DNA from: the human T2T-CHM13v2.0 reference genome, Homo sapiens
Assembly: GCF_009914755.1 (NCBI RefSeq)
Contig: NC_060933.1
Strand: one strand, 5' to 3'
DNA length: 64,000 bases
The notes below the pieces were generated by a model, which saw nothing but the letters and a program-made list of their open reading frames with translations, was not told the origin of the DNA and searched no databases. Positions within the stretch are counted from its first letter, which is position 1. Each line of letters begins with the position of its first letter. Made by a program: the position numbers and the translations under genes. Of this stretch, positions 32,019-56,301 are shown piece after piece.

Positions 32019-32073
32019 CCTCAAAGGGAGAGAAGCGGGAGGTCCAGGAGCAGGAAGATCTCAGCTCTGAAAG
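32019..32073 (+). CDS. SPATA31E1: SPATA31E1 exon 2 (55 nt)
   Basis: CCTCTCAG|CCTCAAAGG (PQRERSGRSRSRKISALK)...AAG|GTGAGG; phase consistent with exons 1 and 3. Confidence 0.88.
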
Positions 32074-32617
32074 GTGAGGCTCTGCTGCCCCCCGGGACTC
32101 CCCAGAGGTAACTGAGCTTTGCCTGTCCCTGAGGAAGTCATTTGCAGAGGCCTGAGAGGGAAGCTCCTGGGAGAGAAATCAGAACCTGCGGCCTCCTCAG
32201 ATTCCCTGCGGGAATGAAGCCACGGGCCTGGGACCGGTATTGCCCATAAGGGGGCGGTGTGGGGAAGGGACCAAGGCCTGCCTGGATATGGGGGGAGGTC
32301 AGGGAGGCTCCAGGTCCATGTGGACAGCTGTTCACCTCAGCAATGGCTGACTCCTCTTTGAGACCACCCATTTGCTCTCCCAACAAGATGGTTGTGACAC
32401 CGATGAGGGGGTGGACGTGGAAGCACTTTTTGCAAATGACAAAGTGCTGCACAGTGGAAACCTTCCTGTCACCATTGGGGCCATGTGGCCTCGGACACAG
32501 ATGCGAGGGCTTCAGGGTCTAGTCCCCCATGGTGTCCCCTAAAAAGACATCCACTCAGCCTCCATGAGGTTCCCAGGCACCGCCCTCTCCACCATAACCC
32601 TGTCTCCTGATTTCCAG

Positions 32618-32678
32618 CTTGCAGAATCCTCCTGAGGGAGCTGGAGGAGACTCGGGACCTGAACTACCTTCTGGAAAG
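32618..32678 (+). CDS. SPATA31E1: SPATA31E1 exon 3 (61 nt)
   Basis: TTTCCAG|CTTGCAGA ([21 protein letters not shown])...AAG|GTGAGG; typical SPATA31 ACRxxxxELEE motif. Confidence 0.9.
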
Positions 32679-32754
32679 GTGAGGAGCTTCCCCCTTCTGT
32701 CCCTGTCCTCCTTCCTACCAGGGCCTCTGATGCAACCCTACGGCCTGGTGGTGA

Positions 32755-36852
<4,098 letters not shown>

Positions 36853-36904
36853 ACTAGACCAGTCTTCTTGCATGTCTCCTGGGGGAGACAGGGGGTTCTA
36901 CTCA

Positions 36905-36930
36905 AATAAAACTGATGCCTACACAATAAA
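36905..36930 (+). terminator. SPATA31E1: Tandem polyadenylation signals of SPATA31E1
   Basis: AATAAA at 36905-36910 and 36925-36930, 53-78 nt after the stop codon. Confidence 0.8.
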
Positions 36931-38337
36931 CCTGTCCTGCGTGGGTGATCACAGCCGCCATGTGTTCATGACGTTCACGGAGAAGTTCCCAATATACCTG
37001 CTTTCCCTGCAGAGGGCGTGGCTTCTGTCTGTGCCATGCTAGGGGGCAGGAAAGGGCACAGCATCTGCCCCTTCTGAGTGCGGCTTCCAGAATGGCTGGG
37101 CCTGGAGAAGGCTGGCAGGGACGTGGAGGACCCCCTCTTCTCCCTGTCCAGGGAGAAACCATGTCTGGTTTCCAAACTGTATCATGACCCAGAGCCTTCA
37201 GGACGTGTAAGGACAGCAAACCCTATGGAGACCCCACCCGGGCTCTGGCTCACTGCATCTTCGTTCTCACTAAGGTAACTTCTGTGCTGCTGTCGGAGCT
37301 GGGTCTGCAAGGGCCTTATGGACTGAGAGGGTGGCAGGCTCCCCTCAGGCTGGAGGAGTGATGGATCCCAGCAGCCTCCCTGCCCCGTGGTAGCCTGGGA
37401 ATGTGGGGGTGTCCTGTACTGGCCCTGGGTGAGAGAAGGGACAGCTCCTTCTCAGATGTCCTGGTGGGGAAGAAATGACACCCTCCCCAGACCCCTCCCT
37501 ACCTGCTGAGTTCTGGGATGGACCTGGGCCCCACCAGCACTTGGTTCAGCCTTGTTAACACCCCTGGGTTTGCGTCTGGTGTCCCCTGCCTCACTCTCCA
37601 GAGCAGTCTCCCAGCCCACTAGTGTGGGGTGTCTGTTTCAGGAGGCACCCAGGGCTGCTGCCTGCCCCTCTGGTGGGACTCTGTGGTTAGGAACCGCAGG
37701 AGGAGACCTTAGGCCCAGGGTGAGAGGTCGTGAGAAGAATCAGGGAAGACGAACGTAAGTTCGCAAGTGCAGGACCCACAAGCTGCCCACAGCTGTAACC
37801 AGGGTCCTCATAGTCTGGTGACCATGACAAGCAAAGGTGGTCAGTGCCACTCCCAGGGGAGAGGGACCCAGAAGGCAAGGGCTGGCCTGGTTACACAGCA
37901 CATCTATGGCTCCAAGCCCAGGTGCTGGCAGGGGACACATTGGGGCTCAGAGGATCTGGTCACATGGTTGGCAGGGACAGTCCCCGCAGGGCACAGTCCT
38001 GGGCTCCTCCGTCCTGGTGCTGGGTCCCTCCTGTCCATCCCCAAGGAAGGCAGGAGCAAATGCAGGAGCTGGTTCCCCAGAGGGCTCTGCCCAGGGGCCT
38101 TCTGCCCAGGGAGAGCTCTGCACCTGCAGGGGCTGTGGAGGCTGAGGACAAGGGGACAGGCCTGTACCCAGGCGTGGCGGGACCCATGCTGGGGACCTGT
38201 TTGGAAAAGGCCCTGGTGTCACTTTGGGTGCCCAGGCTACTGCTGGAGCCAAGTCCTGTCTGGGGTGGTGACCTGGGCAGCTCCAGTGTGGGCCCAACAT
38301 CTATGGGACCCAGGATCCTGGAACCCGCCAGCAGAGG

Positions 38338-38597
38338 AGCCCCACAGAGACCCCCATGTACACCCCCAAACTCAAAGATTCCCACAGAGACCCCACATTC
38401 ATAGAGATTTCAGAGATTCCCCACAGTGACCCCCAGAGACCCCAACAGAGAATCTGACCGAGATCCCCCCATGAAGACCCCCCAGAAGGACTCCCCACAG
38501 AAACCCCTGACACAGACTCACACAGAGACCCTTCAAAACCAACAGAGATCCCCACGGAGATTTTAGAGGTGACTCTAACAGAGACCTGCACAGAGAA
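38338..38597. repeat. Degenerate ~12-bp minisatellite (CACAGAGACCC-type), reverse complement of the 24.7-25.7 kb array
   Basis: CCCACAGAGACCCCC, CCCAGAGACCCC, CACAGAGACCCT and similar units. Confidence 0.8.
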
Positions 38598-40369
38598 AAT
38601 ATATCAAGGTCACTTTGCCACCCCCTAAAATCCCTAGCATTGCACTTGGTGAAAATGAGCGGCATCTACCTCATTCCCAGCAGCGCTTTCTCCTGGCAGC
38701 CCTCTGCCCTCTTCTAGGTAAGATTCCTTGAGAAACTGAACAATAGAAAAGCCTCCTCTATCAGTCGACATCCAACTTAGAGCGACCCCCCAACCCGCTG
38801 GCAGACCCTTCCCCAGATCACCCAATTACAACCCCCATGCTGATATCAAACTGTAATCATTCATGATGGAAACGGTAAGAGTTCCTCTGACGCTGTGCTT
38901 CTGACACCGCCCTTAGCCCCTCAGGCCATGCTCCCCCTCACTGCCAAGGGAATAAACCCGGCTGGTCTAGATTGGTCTTGCTCACAGGGCTCCTCCTGTG
39001 GGCCTTGTGCTGGAGCACATGGAACAGGAAGGATCTCGGCTTGGACACAGCTTCTTCAGAAAACCTTCTCTGACTCCCCTATGAGGCCAGGTCCCCTGTG
39101 CTGGGTTCCCCAACCTGGCCCTTCTTCCCTTGTGACAGCCTCTCCACACCTGGGCACGTTTCTCCCAGAACCCTGAAAGCTTCTGGTGGGCCCGGTGAGG
39201 ACGGAGGCGTGCCTGACCACACTCCCGGTACTGACTGTGGCCCCTGTTATAAATTGTTTCATAAAATCTTCTTAGTTAATGGGCACAGGAATCAATGCTT
39301 CCTAATCTACCTCATACATAAGTTGCATCACTAAAATCATATTTTCATAAAGGGTCTTAACTCTTTCCAGTAGCCAATATAATGTGTCAAGGAAAATCTG
39401 TAAAAATAAAATGGCATTGATACTTCAAATTTAGTGGTATAAAGAAATTTCCAAATTCAAATTATTCCAAGTTACTTATTTTATAGGTCAAATATGAATA
39501 TTCTTGTAAGTTTTTTAATTCTTCAACGTAAATTTCTGATGTTTAGAGAATACAAACTAAAAACAAATTTTGCTTCAAAACATTCTAATGTGCCACAAAT
39601 TCATTTTAAAAAACTATTACCAAAGAGGATATATTTTTAAGTAATTTAAATATACAACTTCCAACCGACACACATATTGTAAATCCACTCTTCTAAAAAT
39701 GAGGAGCAGCTATATTTTTACCTTAACATCCAAAATGCTGAATCTATAAAACGGGTTGCTTATTTACAACCACGTGTAAAATAGGGTATTGATAAATAAT
39801 TCGGCATGCATATTCGTTCTGTTGGAAATTTTTTTAAATTATTGAAAATAATTGAAAATCTTACAAAACATCATCTGTTTGAAAGATGTTAGAAAAGAGA
39901 GGGTAGAAAAATAGGACTGCATTCTTATTGCGTAACGGTTCAACCTCAGTTATAAATACACACATATACACACATATCTTGAAGCCTGAGTAACTGTTCT
40001 CTCTCCAGCAGTTTCTGCCAGGCCTGCCAGTTCTTGGGTTTGGAAATTTCCTTCCTGCTCACCTCCACTGGCAGCATGTCCACCTCACCTAAGGCCCCTG
40101 GTTCCACTCCTAATGCTCCAAAAATGTGATGAGCGTAAAGAGAGTTTTCCTCTCAGGAAAACAATAATGGCTCGATCACTGATACACTATGGGTTCATAA
40201 AGAAAGATGAATCTATTTCATTTGTCTATTAACCTGGAAAAGCATATTGAATATTTTTCTTTTTTAGAATAAGTACAGGTACACATTGATCTTTTACTGA
40301 AAATAAAAAAATCATTAAAAGGTACATGTAAGAAAGTACTTTTTATTTAGCTAGATCCCAATGATTTTT

Positions 40370-42720
40370 TAATCTCTTTTCCTAAAAGGTTTATGGTAAA
40401 ACCTTTTATATTTAAGTTTGCAAACCATTTCAAGTTAATTAGTGTATAAAGTGTGAAGTTTACACTGAGATTTTGAGCCTATAAATGTTTATTTTCTCCG
40501 GTGGCATTTGATTAAAAGACTATCCTTCCTCCTTCAATTGCTTTTGTACCTTTCTCAAAAATGAGTTGGGCATATTTGCTTGGGTCCATTTCTGAGTTCT
40601 GTATTCTGTTCTGCTGACCTATGTGTCCATCTCTCCACCAATATCATGTGCCTTTTCATATAAACTTAAAATAAGTTTATGTGCATAAAAAAATCTAGCT
40701 GGAGTTTTGATATGAATGTCATTAAGTCTACGCATCAATTTAAAGAGAATTGACATCTTTGCTATCTTGAGTCTTCCAAACCATTAGTAAGGTATGTTTG
40801 AATTTATTTAGTTCTTCTCTCAATTCTTTCATGCAGATTTTGTAATTTTTGCCATCTTGATCCTGCATATCTTGTCAGATTTATGCCTAAGTATTTTCTT
40901 TAGAGCAACTGTAAAGGTATTTTCAGTTTCCACACATTCATTGTTAGTTTATAGAAATATGATGAATTTTGTAGGATGGATCATTTATCCTGTGAACTTG
41001 CTAAGTAACTTATTATTTCTACAAGACTTTTTTAGATTCCCGGAGACATTACAAAGACAATCGTGTAATCTGCAATAGAGGCCGTTTTCCTTCTTTCTTT
41101 TTTTTTCAATCAGTATGCCTTACTTGTTTCTTGCCCAATTGTGCTGACTAGAACTTTCGGTGCTCTGTTAAATAGCAGAGGTGAGAGCAGATGTCTCTGC
41201 CTTGTTTCCACCCTGAGGGGAAAACCATTCAGTCTTTCACCATTATGTATCACATAGCTGTTGGTTTTTGATAAATACACTTGATAAAGTTCAGGAAGTT
41301 TCCTTCTATTTGTAGGTTTCTGAAAGTTTTTATCATAAAACTGTGCTATACTTTGGAAATGCTTTTTCTACATCAATTGACATAAGTGGCATAGTATTTT
41401 TGAATCATGTTTCTTTGTCCAGGTTGACATTCCTTGTCTTTTAATCGACACATGTTCACAATTTATATTTAAGATAACTGTAATATATATGTTAAGGCCT
41501 AGATGTTCTACTTTATAATTTGTTTTCTGTTTGTTCATTCTCTTTTTCTTTGCTCTTTTTTCTTACCTTCCTGTGAGTTACTTAAATAGTTTTAGGATTA
41601 CATAATTATTTCTTTATACAGTTTTCTAGTACATCTCTACATTATTTTCTATCTTTACCTTATGATCAGTATTCGTTTGTAACCGACCACAGTCAACTGA
41701 TATTGATGTTTTACCACTTTACATCTAGTGTAGAAACCTTATTTTCATGTAACTCCCTTTACACCCACCTTGTTTTTAAAAATAGAATTGCACTGAGTAA
41801 CACATCTAATACACAGGATGCTGCAACAAGCAGTGTTATAATTTTTGTGAAAACACCAAATATGATTTTGAAAACTTCTGAGATGATGCATAACTTATTA
41901 TATCTTTTTACATTTTCCCATTCTCTTATTCTTTTCTTTCTGAAGTTCCAATCATTCTTCTGATATCATTTGATTTCTGTTTAGGTGACTTACTTTTCAC
42001 ATTTTTAAGAGGAGTTTTGGTAAAAAACAAATTGTGTCAGTTTTCCTTCACATAAGGATGCATTTATTTCTCCTTCCTTTTTGAATGCTATTTTTGCTGG
42101 ACATAGAATTTGCTGCTAACAGTTCTTTTCTTTCAGGACATAAAAAATGTTGGAACACTTCCTTGTGTCCTACACTATTTCAGATTGGGGGCAGGCTTTC
42201 AAGAATTTTTGTCTTCTGTTTTCAGAAGTTTTTATATGATATGTTTCAGTATGAATTTATTTGGGTTTATCTTATTTAGGATTTACTCAGCTACTTGATT
42301 CTGTAGATTTCTGTCTCTGTCGAAATTAAGATGTTTTCAGATATCAATTTATTGACTGTTTTTCCAGTCCCACTATTTCTTTCTGCTTTCTTTCTGGGTC
42401 CCTGATGATACATATACTCAGTATTGTGATGCTGTCTGACAGGTCCCTGAGGCTGTTCTCTGTTGTTTTGTTTTGTTTTGTATCTATTTTTTCTCTTTTG
42501 TTCAGATTAGAATCAGTAAATCCTACTGATATGTCCTGAAGTTTACTGATTCTATCTTCTGTCTTCTCCCCTTTACTATTAAGCTTACCCAGTAAAGTTT
42601 TATTTCAGTTGTATTTTTTAATTCTATAATTTCCAATTGGTTCATTCTTATAACTGCTATTTTTTTGTTTTCTGAGATTTTCAAGATTTGCATTTGGTTC
42701 AAAGGAATTCCTGTTAATAA
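40370..42720 (-). mobile_element. Old L1M fragments (ORF2 and ORF1 regions)
   Basis: Antisense L1 text such as AGAATTGACATCTTTGCTATCTTGAGTCTTCC, GGGGAAAACCATTCAGTCTTTCACCATT and TTTTTGCTGGACATAGAATT. Confidence 0.75.
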
Positions 42721-44646
42721 CTGCCTGCCGGTAGCACCTCACTCAGTCTCATTTCAGCTGGGTCAGTATGGAGGTTTAATTCACCACTGGGCCCTACTGA
42801 CACCGGGAGTGGGGGGAAATTGGAGTACTAATTAGCCTAGATGCTACACCTTGTCAGTGTGGTTGATTTAGGCGGCAGCAGAGGTTCAGCTTCCTGCTGG
42901 TCTCCAGTGACATCAGGGTGGGGAGGATGACACTAGCCTACCTCACCCTGCCTCAGTCAATGTCATCGTTGCTGCATGAGTTTGAGGAGTTTGAGGCTAA
43001 GCTTGCCTCTGGCACCACCAGACACCATCTTGGCAAAGGAACTGTAGAACAGTCTGCTTTTGTCAGACAGGAAATGGAAGAGCTTCCTACTTGGTCTGTT
43101 GACATCACCTGAAAGAAATATCAGAATGCTACCTTCTTTTGCCAGGTGAAGAGAGAAGATTTACCTCCCTCCTTGGCCCCATGGACACCATCAGGCAAGG
43201 GAATCAGAGCGCTGCTGCTTCCTTCCACTAGGTGGAAGTGAAGTGGATCATCAGCTCCGCACTTGACTCCAATGAACTATGGTGTTTGAGGGTTTTTTCC
43301 ATTGGTGTTTGGCTGGAGTCAGGTGCGTATTTCTTGCCAGGCCATTATTTTCCAGGTTCTTTGGCTGAGACAGCTGGGTTTGTGTTGGGTTTGGTTTTGC
43401 TGGGTGTGGTTTCTGGTTGGAGGCTTCTGCAGCACTCTCTCCAGGGCAGATGAGAAGAATAAGAAACCCAAGGAATGTACCACTGTGTCATTCCCCAGGG
43501 AGTCTGTCATCCTTATTATACTTTTCCAACATTTCCCATGCTCGTTTGCTGTTTTATGTGCAGGGTTTCAGTTAGAACACAAAGGATGTGATAGTAATGA
43601 GGCTTCTCCAACTGGGCTGAAAACAGATGTGTTTTTGTCTTAAAATCATAAGAGCAAGTATTTTTAAAAATACTTGAATAGGTTGGTGAGAATTCTGGGG
43701 AGAATTAACACACTACTGGGAAAGAAACATTTCTCAATGCTGCAAGAAAAAGTCACTCCACAACAGTGACAACTCCAGCTCACATGATCTACAACTGACT
43801 TACTCGTTTGTTCTCACCTAGTGTCAGAATTATCATTTGCCCCTGTGATAAAATTACCAACTAGAGTGTTTCTATAAAGTTTGTTTTGTCTTAGTCTTAG
43901 AGTATCCAATCAAAATTTTCTAAAGTGTCTTTAATCAGTTTCTTTTTCCTCCTAAAATATTCTGACATTCTGGTTTATTTTTTTTTTAATTTGAGAAAAA
44001 TAAGGATGAGTTTGTATGGTGTAGCATGTGGTAGGTTTTGAGAAACCCATAGAGACATGTGTCCACCACCCAACACTACACAGAAGAGCTGCATCAGCCT
44101 AAAATTCTCTGTGTGATACCTTTGTGATCACTACACTCCAGCCTGGTGACAGGGTGAGACCCTGTCTCAAAAAAAAACAAAAAATACAAAAGGTAAATCT
44201 ATGACTTTTCACACTGAAATCTATATTTATCCACTTATTTTCTTTACCATGGAGTTACTGCCTAAGAATTTGAAGCCGTTTGAGCTGACTATCCCCAGAA
44301 AACTGTTGTTGCTCTAATAGTAAATGAGAATGGCAAGAGCATAGGTTCTCTCCCCAGAGACCTTCATACATATATAGTTATTTCACACTCTAAAGGCAGT
44401 AATGGCAAAGCTAGTGATTACAGTCACCCCACAAAGTAGGACCAAATGCCACATAAATACTTGACTGACAAGGATGTGAGTGTAATGTAATTTTCGGATT
44501 AATCAAAATGAAAATTTTTGTCTAGGTTACAAAGATTTATTTCTGGATGCCAATAAAAAGAGACATAGAAAACCTAAATTTAATAAAAGAGGAGTAAATA
44601 AGGTCCTCCAATACAGAGAAAGCAATATGTTTCAAAGATTAATTAT

Positions 44647-44870
44647 GGGCTGGGCCCTGTGGCTCATGCCTGTAATCCCAGGACTTTGGGAGGCTGAGAC
44701 AGGAGAATAACTTGAGTCCAGGAGTTCTAGACCAGCCTGGGCAACATAGGGAGACCCCATTTGTACAAATAATTTAAAAACTAGCCATGTATGGTGGTGC
44801 ACACTTGTAGTCTCAGCTACTCTAGTGGCTGAGGCAGGAGAGTCACCTGAGTCTCAAAAAAAAAAAAAAA
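44647..44870 (+). mobile_element. AluJ-like with a right-arm deletion
   Basis: GGGCTGGGCCCTGTGGCTCATGCC...CTTGAGTCCAGGAGTTCTAGACCAGCCTGGGCAACATAG...GTCTCAAAA. Confidence 0.85.
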
Positions 44871-44904
44871 GAATAATTATGCTTTTCTATTAAAATTGAT
44901 CCTT

Positions 44905-47900
44905 AGAGGAGTGAAGTCAAGAAAAATGGTGGAATAGGACACACCCACCAGGAATCCAACTCTCCTCCTGGACAACAATTATACTGAAAGGGACTCTCTG
45001 AAGTGAATATTTTGGGACTCTGTAGTTGATGTGAACACTTGCAACTCCCAAGGAACAGACTGGCTGCTAAATTATGATAATGCTGGCTCTATTTCAGCCT
45101 TCAGCACAGTGGCAGCTGTCTATCCCCAACCACAGTCCCATGTCAGGCAGCTGTAGGGGTCATAACTGACATTTTGGGGCAAGGGAGCTTGCTGGAGCCA
45201 GGGTGGGCAATAAAATCTTGTCCCTGCAAATATCAGGGCTCTGTGTTGAGATTGTGGAATGTTTCTCTGATCACTGAGGTGTGGGCATGGAGGTTAGCCA
45301 CCACTGTTCCAATCTGCATTCACCTGAAATGTCTCCTAGAAGATTTAAAGCAGCTACACCTGTTTTTTTGAACTTTCAGAAACAACTGCATATGTGGGAA
45401 ATTGAGGAAGCTACCATGAATGCTAAAGGAAAGAAACAGGCCCAGAAAAGAACTGATGAAGACCTTAAGCTCTCAACTCAGATTTAGTCCCAACACAGAG
45501 ACATCATGTAACATTTTTTAAGCCCAGCAAGTCACAGAAAAAGGGGGAAAATTTGATTTCCAGAGTTCCTACATTATAAGTTTTAATGTCCAGTTTTCAA
45601 CAACTACAACAAAAAGCAATGCATACAACAAAACAGGAAATTACAACCCATGAATGGTACCAAATAAATCAGCACAAAACCTGAGGAAGCCCAGATGTCA
45701 CACACACACTATACAAATACTTTAAAGCAGTTGTCTTAAAGATGCTCAAAGAGTTAAGGAAGACATGAACAACTAAAAAAGTTATGCCTGAAAAAAATAA
45801 GTGTATTAATAAAGATATAAAATTATAAGGGGGAACCAAAAAATTCTTCCTATATCTAAAAAGTATACTACCTGTAGTATATCTAAAGTAGTATATCTAA
45901 AGTATATCTAAAAAGCATACTACCTGTAATGATAATATACTAGAAGGATTCAAAAGCAGATTTGAGCAAGCAGAAGAAAGAAGAAGTAAACCTGAGCAAA
46001 CCACAACTGAAATTATTGAGTTGGAGGAACAGAAAGCAAAGAAGAGTAATGAAAAGTGGATAGCGCCTAAGAAGACTAGGAGACACCCGCAAGCAGACCA
46101 ACATATGCATTGTGGGAATCCCCAAAGGATAAGAGAGTTAGAAAGGAGCAGAAAAAATATTTAAAGAAATAAAGCCTGAAAAATTCCCAAATTTTATGCA
46201 AGAAACAAATACACAAACTATCTCAGTAAACACCAAGTAGGATAAACTCAGGAACACATCTACTGTGACACATTATACTCAAAATATTGAAAGACAAAGA
46301 TAAAGAAAGAATCCTGAAAGCAGCAAGAGGGAAGTGACTCACCCCATACAAGGAATTCTCATTAAGATTGCCAGCCAATTTCTATTAAATCCTTAGAAAC
46401 CAGAAGTCAGTAGGTTGACATATTCAACATGCTTAAAGAGAGTCACTCAACAGTGTTGTATCTAGAAAAACTGTCTTACTTTTAAAATGAGACAGAAATA
46501 AAGATATTCCCAGATTTTTTTTTAAAAGTTGAGGGAGCTCATTACCCCTAGACATCCCCTGCAAGAAATGCTAATGAGAGTCCTTTGGGCTGAAATGAAA
46601 GGAAGATAGACCATATGCTGAATCAATGTAAAGAAATTAAGGTGAAGTAAAATATACAGTCAGTTGTAACAGGTGATTTTGTTTTTCTGATTTTAGTTTA
46701 TAGCTCACCTTTTCTATTTTCTATAGAATTCAGAAGACAAAATACATGACTTGATAAATTTAATCTTTATTATTGGGCATACAATATGTAAAGATGTAAT
46801 CTATGCCATCAAAACAGAACATGAGGATAGAGGTGTATAGAAGCAGAGTTTTTACATGTGATTCAAGTTAAGTTGGCATCAGTTTAAATTATATTGTTAT
46901 AACTTTGGGATGCTAAATTGAACCCTATGGTAACCACCAAGAAAACACCTATAGAATATACATATAAGGAAATGAAAAAATCCAGACTTTCACTAGGAAA
47001 AAAAATTCAAGTAAAACAAACTCAGTAAGTAATAAAGGAAAGGAGTAGTAAAAATTATAAGGCATATAAAAATCAAATAACAAAGTACCAGAAGCAATCC
47101 CTTTCTTAGCAGAAATTACTTCCAATGTGAATGGATTAAACTCTGCAATTAAGAAACATTCATAGGCAGAATGACTAACAAAACCATCATAATCCAACTA
47201 TACACTATCTATAAGAGACTCACTGTATATCTAAAGACACAAATAGGTGGAAAGTAAAATGATGGGAAAAGATATTACATGCAAAAAGTGAGCAGCTATA
47301 GTAGTATTACGTAAAATAGACTTTAAGAAGTTTAAAAGAGACAAGAAGGAATTGAATATTAATAAAAGGTTCAGTAGAGCAGTATCATAACAATTACAAA
47401 TATATACGCACTTAATAAACCCTCAAAATACGTGAAGAAAAAATTGACAAAATAGAAGGGAGAAATAGGTTATTATACAATACTAGTTGTCAACTTCAAT
47501 GTATACTTTCAATAATAGATGGATCAATCAGACAGAAAAAAAGTAAGAAAAGAGAGGACTTCAACAACACAATAAACCAACTAAAGATGCTTCCTGACTT
47601 ACCACAGAGCTACTTCCCAATAAGCCCATTGTAAGTTAAAAATATGGTGAGTTGAGAAAAACATTTAATAAACCCACCCTACCAAATATAATTGCTTAGC
47701 CTAACCTACCTTAATCCCTCTCAGAATACTTATACTAGCCTACAATTGGGCAAAATTATCTATTACAAAACCTATTTTATAATAAAGTATTGAATATCTC
47801 ATGTAATTTTTTGAACACTATATTGCAAGTCAAAAACAGAATGAAACAGAATGGTTGTATGGATACTCAAAGTACGGCTTCTGCTAAATGTATATTGCTT

Positions 47901-50160
47901 TTGAAACATTGTAAAGTCAAAAAGTTGTTAATTCAGGGACCAGTGGTATACATATAGGAAAGTTAAACAGAACACTCTAACCAAAAACAGTAGAATATAT
48001 ATTGAAGTGCACATAAGACATTCTCCAGGACAGATCATGTCAGGCTACAAGGTGAGTCTCAATCCATTAAAAAGATAAATATATGCAATGTATCTTCTCC
48101 AAACACAACAGGAGGTTAAAAATCAGTAACAGAAGAAAAACAAAAATATTCACAAATATGTGAAAAGTAAACAACACACACACACACACAAAAGCAAATC
48201 ACAAGGAAATTAGAGAACAGTTAAAAGACAAATGAAAATGAAAACACAACATATTTTAACTTATTATATGCAGTGATCAGAAGAAAATTTGTAGATGTAA
48301 ATATCTACATTAAATAACTTTATGCTGTAAGAAATGTACACGAGAAGAGCAAAATAAACCCAAAGCTCGCAAATAAAAGGCAGTGATAAAGACTGGACTG
48401 GAAATAAGCAAAATAGAGCACTGAAAAAATAAAGAAAATAAAGAAATAATTGATCTTTGAAAAGATCAAAAAATTGACAAAACCTTTGGCAATTGTCAGT
48501 GTAGACACAACTGAAATCAGAAATGACAGTGGAGACTTTGCTACTAACTTAGAGATAAAAAGAATTATATGAAAATACGATAAACTATTGCATGCCAAAA
48601 AAATTAGATAACCTAGTGAAAGAGACAAACTTCTTAAAACATAGAAATTACCAAATTGACTCAAATAAATAGAACATCTCAACAGGCCTATAACAAGTAG
48701 AGATTAAATCAGTAATAAAAATCTCAAAACAAAGAAAAGTTCTGGGTCACATGGCTTCATCAGAGCATTCTACCATTTAAATAAGAATTAACACTAATCT
48801 TTCTCAAACTCTTCTAAACAATTGAAGAGTACAGAATACTTCTTAACTCATTCTATGAGTCTAGCACTAATATGATACCAAAGCCAAATAAAAACATCAT
48901 TAAAAAAAAGACAGACACATAATCCTTATGACTTTAGATGCAAAACTCCCAAACAAATATTAGTAAGTTGACTCCAACAGTCTACTAAAAGATAGATGCC
49001 AACACAATAATACTGGGGGACTTCAGTACCCCACTGATAGCATTAGACAGGTCATCAAAACAGAAAGTCAACAAAGAAAAAATGGATTTAATCTATACCC
49101 TAGAATAAATGTATTTAACAGATATTTATAGAACATTCTACCCAACAACTGCAGAATATACATTCTACTCATCAGCACATAGAATATTCTCCAAGATAGA
49201 CCATATGATAGGCCACAAGTCTCAATAAATTTAAGAAAATCAAAATTATATCAAGTACTCTCTCATACCACAGTGGAATAAAATTGGAAATCAACTCCAA
49301 AAGGAACCCTCAAAACCATGCAAATATATGGGAATTAAATAACCTGCTCCTGAATGATCTCTGGTCAACAATGAAGTCAAGGTGGGAATTTAAAAATTCT
49401 TTGAACTGAATGATAATAGTGACAGAACCTATCAAAACCTCTGGGATACAGCAAAAGTGGTGCTAAGAGAAAGTTCATAGCATTGAATGCCTACATCACA
49501 AAGTCTGAAAGAGTACAAATAGATAATCTAAGATCATACCTCAAGGAACTAGAGAAACAAAAACAAACCAAACCCAAGCCCAGCAGCAGAAAAAAAAAAA
49601 ATGAAGATGAGAGTAGAACTAAATGAAATTAAAACAAAAAAAAAATTAATTAAAAAAATACAAAAGATAAATGAAACAAAAAACTGGTTCTTTGAAAAGA
49701 TAAACAACAGGGACACACCATTAGTGAAATTAACCAAGAAAAGAAGACAGAGGATACAAGTAAGCTCAATTAGAAACGAAACAGGAGATATTACAACTCA
49801 TACCACAGAAATACCAAAGATAATTTAAGGCTACTGTGAACATCCTTATTCACACAAACTAGAAAACCTAGAGGAGATGAATAAATTCCTGTAAATATAC
49901 AACACTCCTAGATTAAGCCAAGAAGAAATAGAAACTCTGAACAGAACAATAACAGAGAGATTGAAACAGTAATTTTTAAAATGCCAATGAAAAATAAAGT
50001 CCAGGACCAGATGAATTTACAGCTGAATTCTGTAAGGCATTCAAAAAAAATTGATACCAATTCTATTGACACTATTCCAAAAAAAATCCAGCATTGGGGA
50101 GATCCCACATTGCTTTATATTTAAAACCCTCAGCAAAATTGGCATAGAAAGGACATACCT
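44905..50160 (+). mobile_element. Old L1 (5'UTR-ORF1-ORF2, degenerate) joined at ~48990 to a second, younger L1 ORF2 fragment
   Basis: A-rich sense L1 text. The endonuclease region appears twice (about 47100-48200 and 48990-49500). Confidence 0.8.
47584..47947 (+). mobile_element. MER47A-like TcMar-Tigger DNA transposon inserted in L1
   Basis: AGATGCTTCCTGACTTAC...CCCATTGTAAGTT...GCCTACAATTGGGCAAAATTATCTA...CAGAATGGTTGTATGGATACTCAAAGTACGG; TA flanks. Confidence 0.8.
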
Positions 50161-50164
50161 TGTT

Positions 50165-56301
<6,137 letters not shown>

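Noticed and set aside
37767-38429. Overlapping 186-220 aa ORFs downstream of SPATA31E1
   Set aside because: GC-rich sequence open in several frames on both strands, with no recognisable homology.
45851-45929. Micro-duplications (GTATATCTAAA cluster; also 13 bp at ~11327 and 21 bp at 23486-23527)
   Set aside because: Ordinary slippage products with no further structure.
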